DNA of 64,000 nucleotides, taken from positions 12,451 through 76,450 of the forward strand of contig CAZITQ010000003.1 in NCBI GenBank assembly GCA_964542165.1, in the 5' to 3' direction. Every line of letters begins with the position of its first letter. Within the stretch, counting starts at the first letter, position 1. The notes beneath the pieces were generated by a model. The model made no database searches. It worked only from the letters and a program-made list of their open reading frames with translations, and was not told the origin of the DNA. The position numbers and the translations under genes were made by a program. Positions 62,120 to 64,000 of the stretch are shown here, in pieces. Origin of the DNA: an uncultured Rickettsiales bacterium. GTDB taxonomy: Bacteria > Myxococcota_A > UBA796 > UBA9615 > CAYRNR01.

Positions 62120-63859
62120 GTGGCAAACAAGCGTAGAGGTTGGATTCATCAGGTCGCTCAGTTCGCGCTGGCCAGCTGGCTCGTGACGATGCTGATCTCG
62201 ACCGGCTGCTCCGAGCAGGTCGTGACCGGCCTCAAGGGCAGGCTCACCGTCAATCCGGGGGCCGTGCACTTCGGCATGGTGGCCATCGGAGCGACCGCCG
62301 AGTTCCCGCTCAAACTCGACAACGTGGGCAGCGCGGAGATGTCGGTGACCTCGATCTCCCTGGCCGAATCCAGCGACGTGTTCGCCCTGGCCACCGAGTT
62401 CACCGGAGTGATCCCCAAGGGCCAGAGCGAGACGATCTCGGTGACGTACACGCCCACCGAGGACCGCGAGGACGAGGCCACACTGGTCATCACCACCGAT
62501 GGCTCGATCGAGAAGGTCAACGTGGCCCTGGTCGGTAGCGGCCGCGAGGGCACCATCACGGCCTATCCCTACGTGGTCGACTTCGGTCCGGTGGACGCCG
62601 GGGACGAAGAAGAGCGCGCGGTCGTCGTCCGCAACGACGGGGTCGTGGCCTTCGCCGTGACGGGCCTGACGGTCGAGGCGGACAGCGGCGCGTTCACCGC
62701 CGAAGCGGACGAAGAAGACCTCCCCACCACCCTCCTGGCGGGTCAGGAGATGGCGGTGGTGGTGACCTTCGTCGCTGCGGACGAGGAGCCGGACTTCGGG
62801 ACCCTCCACGTGGAGACCGACGCGGGTGCCCTGCTCAACACGACGGTGGACCTGTACGCCAACGACTGCGACGCCACCTGGTCGTTCGAGTACGACGGGG
62901 ACGAGGACGGACACGCCGTCTGCGCCGACGACTGCGACGACGGGGACGAGACCGTCTTCCCGGGCAACCCGGAGGTGGAGGACGGCGCCGACAACGACTG
63001 CAACGGCATCGTCGACGACAACACCAACGCGTACGACGACGACGGCGACGGCTACAGCGAGAACGACGGCGACTGCAACGACGGCGACGCGGACGTGAAC
63101 CCCGACCAGAGCGAGCTGCCCAACGGCGTGGATGACAACTGCGACGGCATCATCGACGAGGGCACCATCTCCACGGACGACGACGGCGACGGCTACGCCG
63201 AGCAGGGCGGAGACTGCGACGACGACAACCCGGTGATCTACCCCCACGGCCCCGAGACCGCCGACGGCCTCGACAACGACTGCGACGGCATCGTCGACGA
63301 GGGCACCGACTACTACGACGACGACGGCGATGGCTTCGCGGAGATCGACGGCGACTGCAACGACGGCGACGATCAGGTCTACCCCGACGCGCCGGATCAG
63401 GGCCCGGGCGTGGACTGGGACTGCACGGGTCTGGGCGCCGACATCACCGACGAGGACTCGGACGGGTACGGCGGCGACTTCGGCGACTGTGACGACTTCG
63501 ACGACACGGTCTTCCCGGGCGCGCCGGAGATCGAGGACGGCATCGACAACGACTGCGACGGCATCGTCGACGAGGAGACCAACGCCTTCGACGACGACGG
63601 CGACGGTTTCAGCGAGAACGAAGGCGACTGCAACGACGGCGACGCCGGCGCCTACCCCGGCGCCACCGAGACCGCCGACTGGGTGGACAACGACTGCGAC
63701 ACCATGGTCGACGAGGGCACCATCTACGCCGACGACGACAACGACGGTGCCACCGAGATGGGCGGCGACTGCGACGACGGCGACCCCGACATCGGTCCGC
63801 ACATGCTCGAGGTCCCGGCCAACGGCATCGACGACGACTGCGACGGCTTCACCGACTGA
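62120..63859 (+). CDS. Secreted protein: two Ig-like (choice-of-anchor-D/ASH-like) domains + 7 Cys/Asp-rich putative metal-binding repeats
   Basis: TM/signal segment. LTVNPGAVHFGMVAIGATAEFPLKLDNVG...MSVTSISL type domains x2. Then 7 copies of DCxDxDxxxxPGxxExxDGxDNDCDGxxDE separated by DDDGDGY.E spacers. Confidence 0.75.
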   Translation: MANKRRGWIHQVAQFALASWLVTMLISTGCSEQVVTGLKGRLTVNPGAVHFGMVAIGATAEFPLKLDNVGSAEMSVTSISLAESSDVFALATEFTGVIPKGQSETISVTYTPTEDREDEATLVITTDGSIEKVNVALVGSGREGTITAYPYVVDFGPVDAGDEEERAVVVRNDGVVAFAVTGLTVEADSGAFTAEADEEDLPTTLLAGQEMAVVVTFVAADEEPDFGTLHVETDAGALLNTTVDLYANDCDATWSFEYDGDEDGHAVCADDCDDGDETVFPGNPEVEDGADNDCNGIVDDNTNAYDDDGDGYSENDGDCNDGDADVNPDQSELPNGVDDNCDGIIDEGTISTDDDGDGYAEQGGDCDDDNPVIYPHGPETADGLDNDCDGIVDEGTDYYDDDGDGFAEIDGDCNDGDDQVYPDAPDQGPGVDWDCTGLGADITDEDSDGYGGDFGDCDDFDDTVFPGAPEIEDGIDNDCDGIVDEETNAFDDDGDGFSENEGDCNDGDAGAYPGATETADWVDNDCDTMVDEGTIYADDDNDGATEMGGDCDDGDPDIGPHMLEVPANGIDDDCDGFTD

Positions 63860-63927
63860 TCGGACGTCGACGCATTCCCCCCCCTCCCCTTCCCTTCCCA
63901 CGCCCTGACGGCCACAATCCTCGGCGA

Positions 63928-64000
63928 TGCTCCGGACCCTCGCCACCGTCCTGTGCTCGCTGACGACCTTCTACTGGTGGGTGCACCTCGCCGCTGCGGC
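63928..64000 (+). CDS. 5' end of a membrane protein CDS (partial)
   Basis: ATG 63928, MLRTLATVLCSLTTFYWWVHLAAA.., running off the window. Too short to identify. Confidence 0.25.

Noticed and set aside
61976-63946. 656-aa minus-strand ORF opposite the repeat protein
   Set aside because: The V/A/G/D-rich repeats are simply the reverse complement of the GAC/GGC-rich repeat DNA. The + strand product has a signal segment and coherent Cys-repeat logic.

Overview
Very GC-rich bacterial chromosomal window with no rRNA, tRNA, CRISPR array or mobile element that I can recognise. Long ORFs on the opposite strand of real genes are common here and are treated as GC artefacts. The window has four blocks. 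(1) 1-9.7 kb holds envelope and polysaccharide genes: a HEAT-repeat lipoprotein, a Wzi-like capsule assembly protein, a DsbA-like lipoprotein, a Ser/Thr kinase fused to a near-copy of that DsbA module, a TagA/WecG-type glycosyltransferase containing a G19 tract, a HAD hydrolase and an HExxH protease with a MYXO-CTERM-like tail. (2) 9.8-14.6 kb holds a receiver/HD-GYP regulator and a translationally coupled PilZ / beta-barrel / OmpA-like / OmpA operon. (3) 14.8-57.1 kb is an almost gap-free minus-strand flagellar regulon. In transcription order it runs: sigma-54 activator, TPR protein, flgBC, fliEFGHIJ, ylxF-like, fliK, flgD, TIGR02530-like gene, flgE, an HDOD gene, motAB, fliLMNOPQR, flhBA, a degenerate flhF, fliA, flgFGAHIJ, flgMN, flgKL, two flagellin genes flanking a + strand glycosyltransferase, then flaG, fliD, fliS. 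I can read three sigma-54 promoters, each with an upstream GTCA-N6-TGAC palindrome, and four sigma-28 type promoters. (4) 57.4-64 kb holds a GGDEF cyclase, a receiver-like gene truncated by a perfect 50-bp tandem duplication, coupled PepT and M24 peptidases, and a secreted protein with 7 Cys/Asp-rich repeats. The most interesting leads are: a flagellar system in a genome with Myxococcota-type hallmarks, the shared sigma-54/palindrome regulon that also covers a PilZ-OMP-OmpA operon, a periplasmic TPR protein coupled to the activator, a pseudo-GTPase FlhF with no FlhG, the kinase-DsbA fusion, and long homopolymer tracts inside coding regions.
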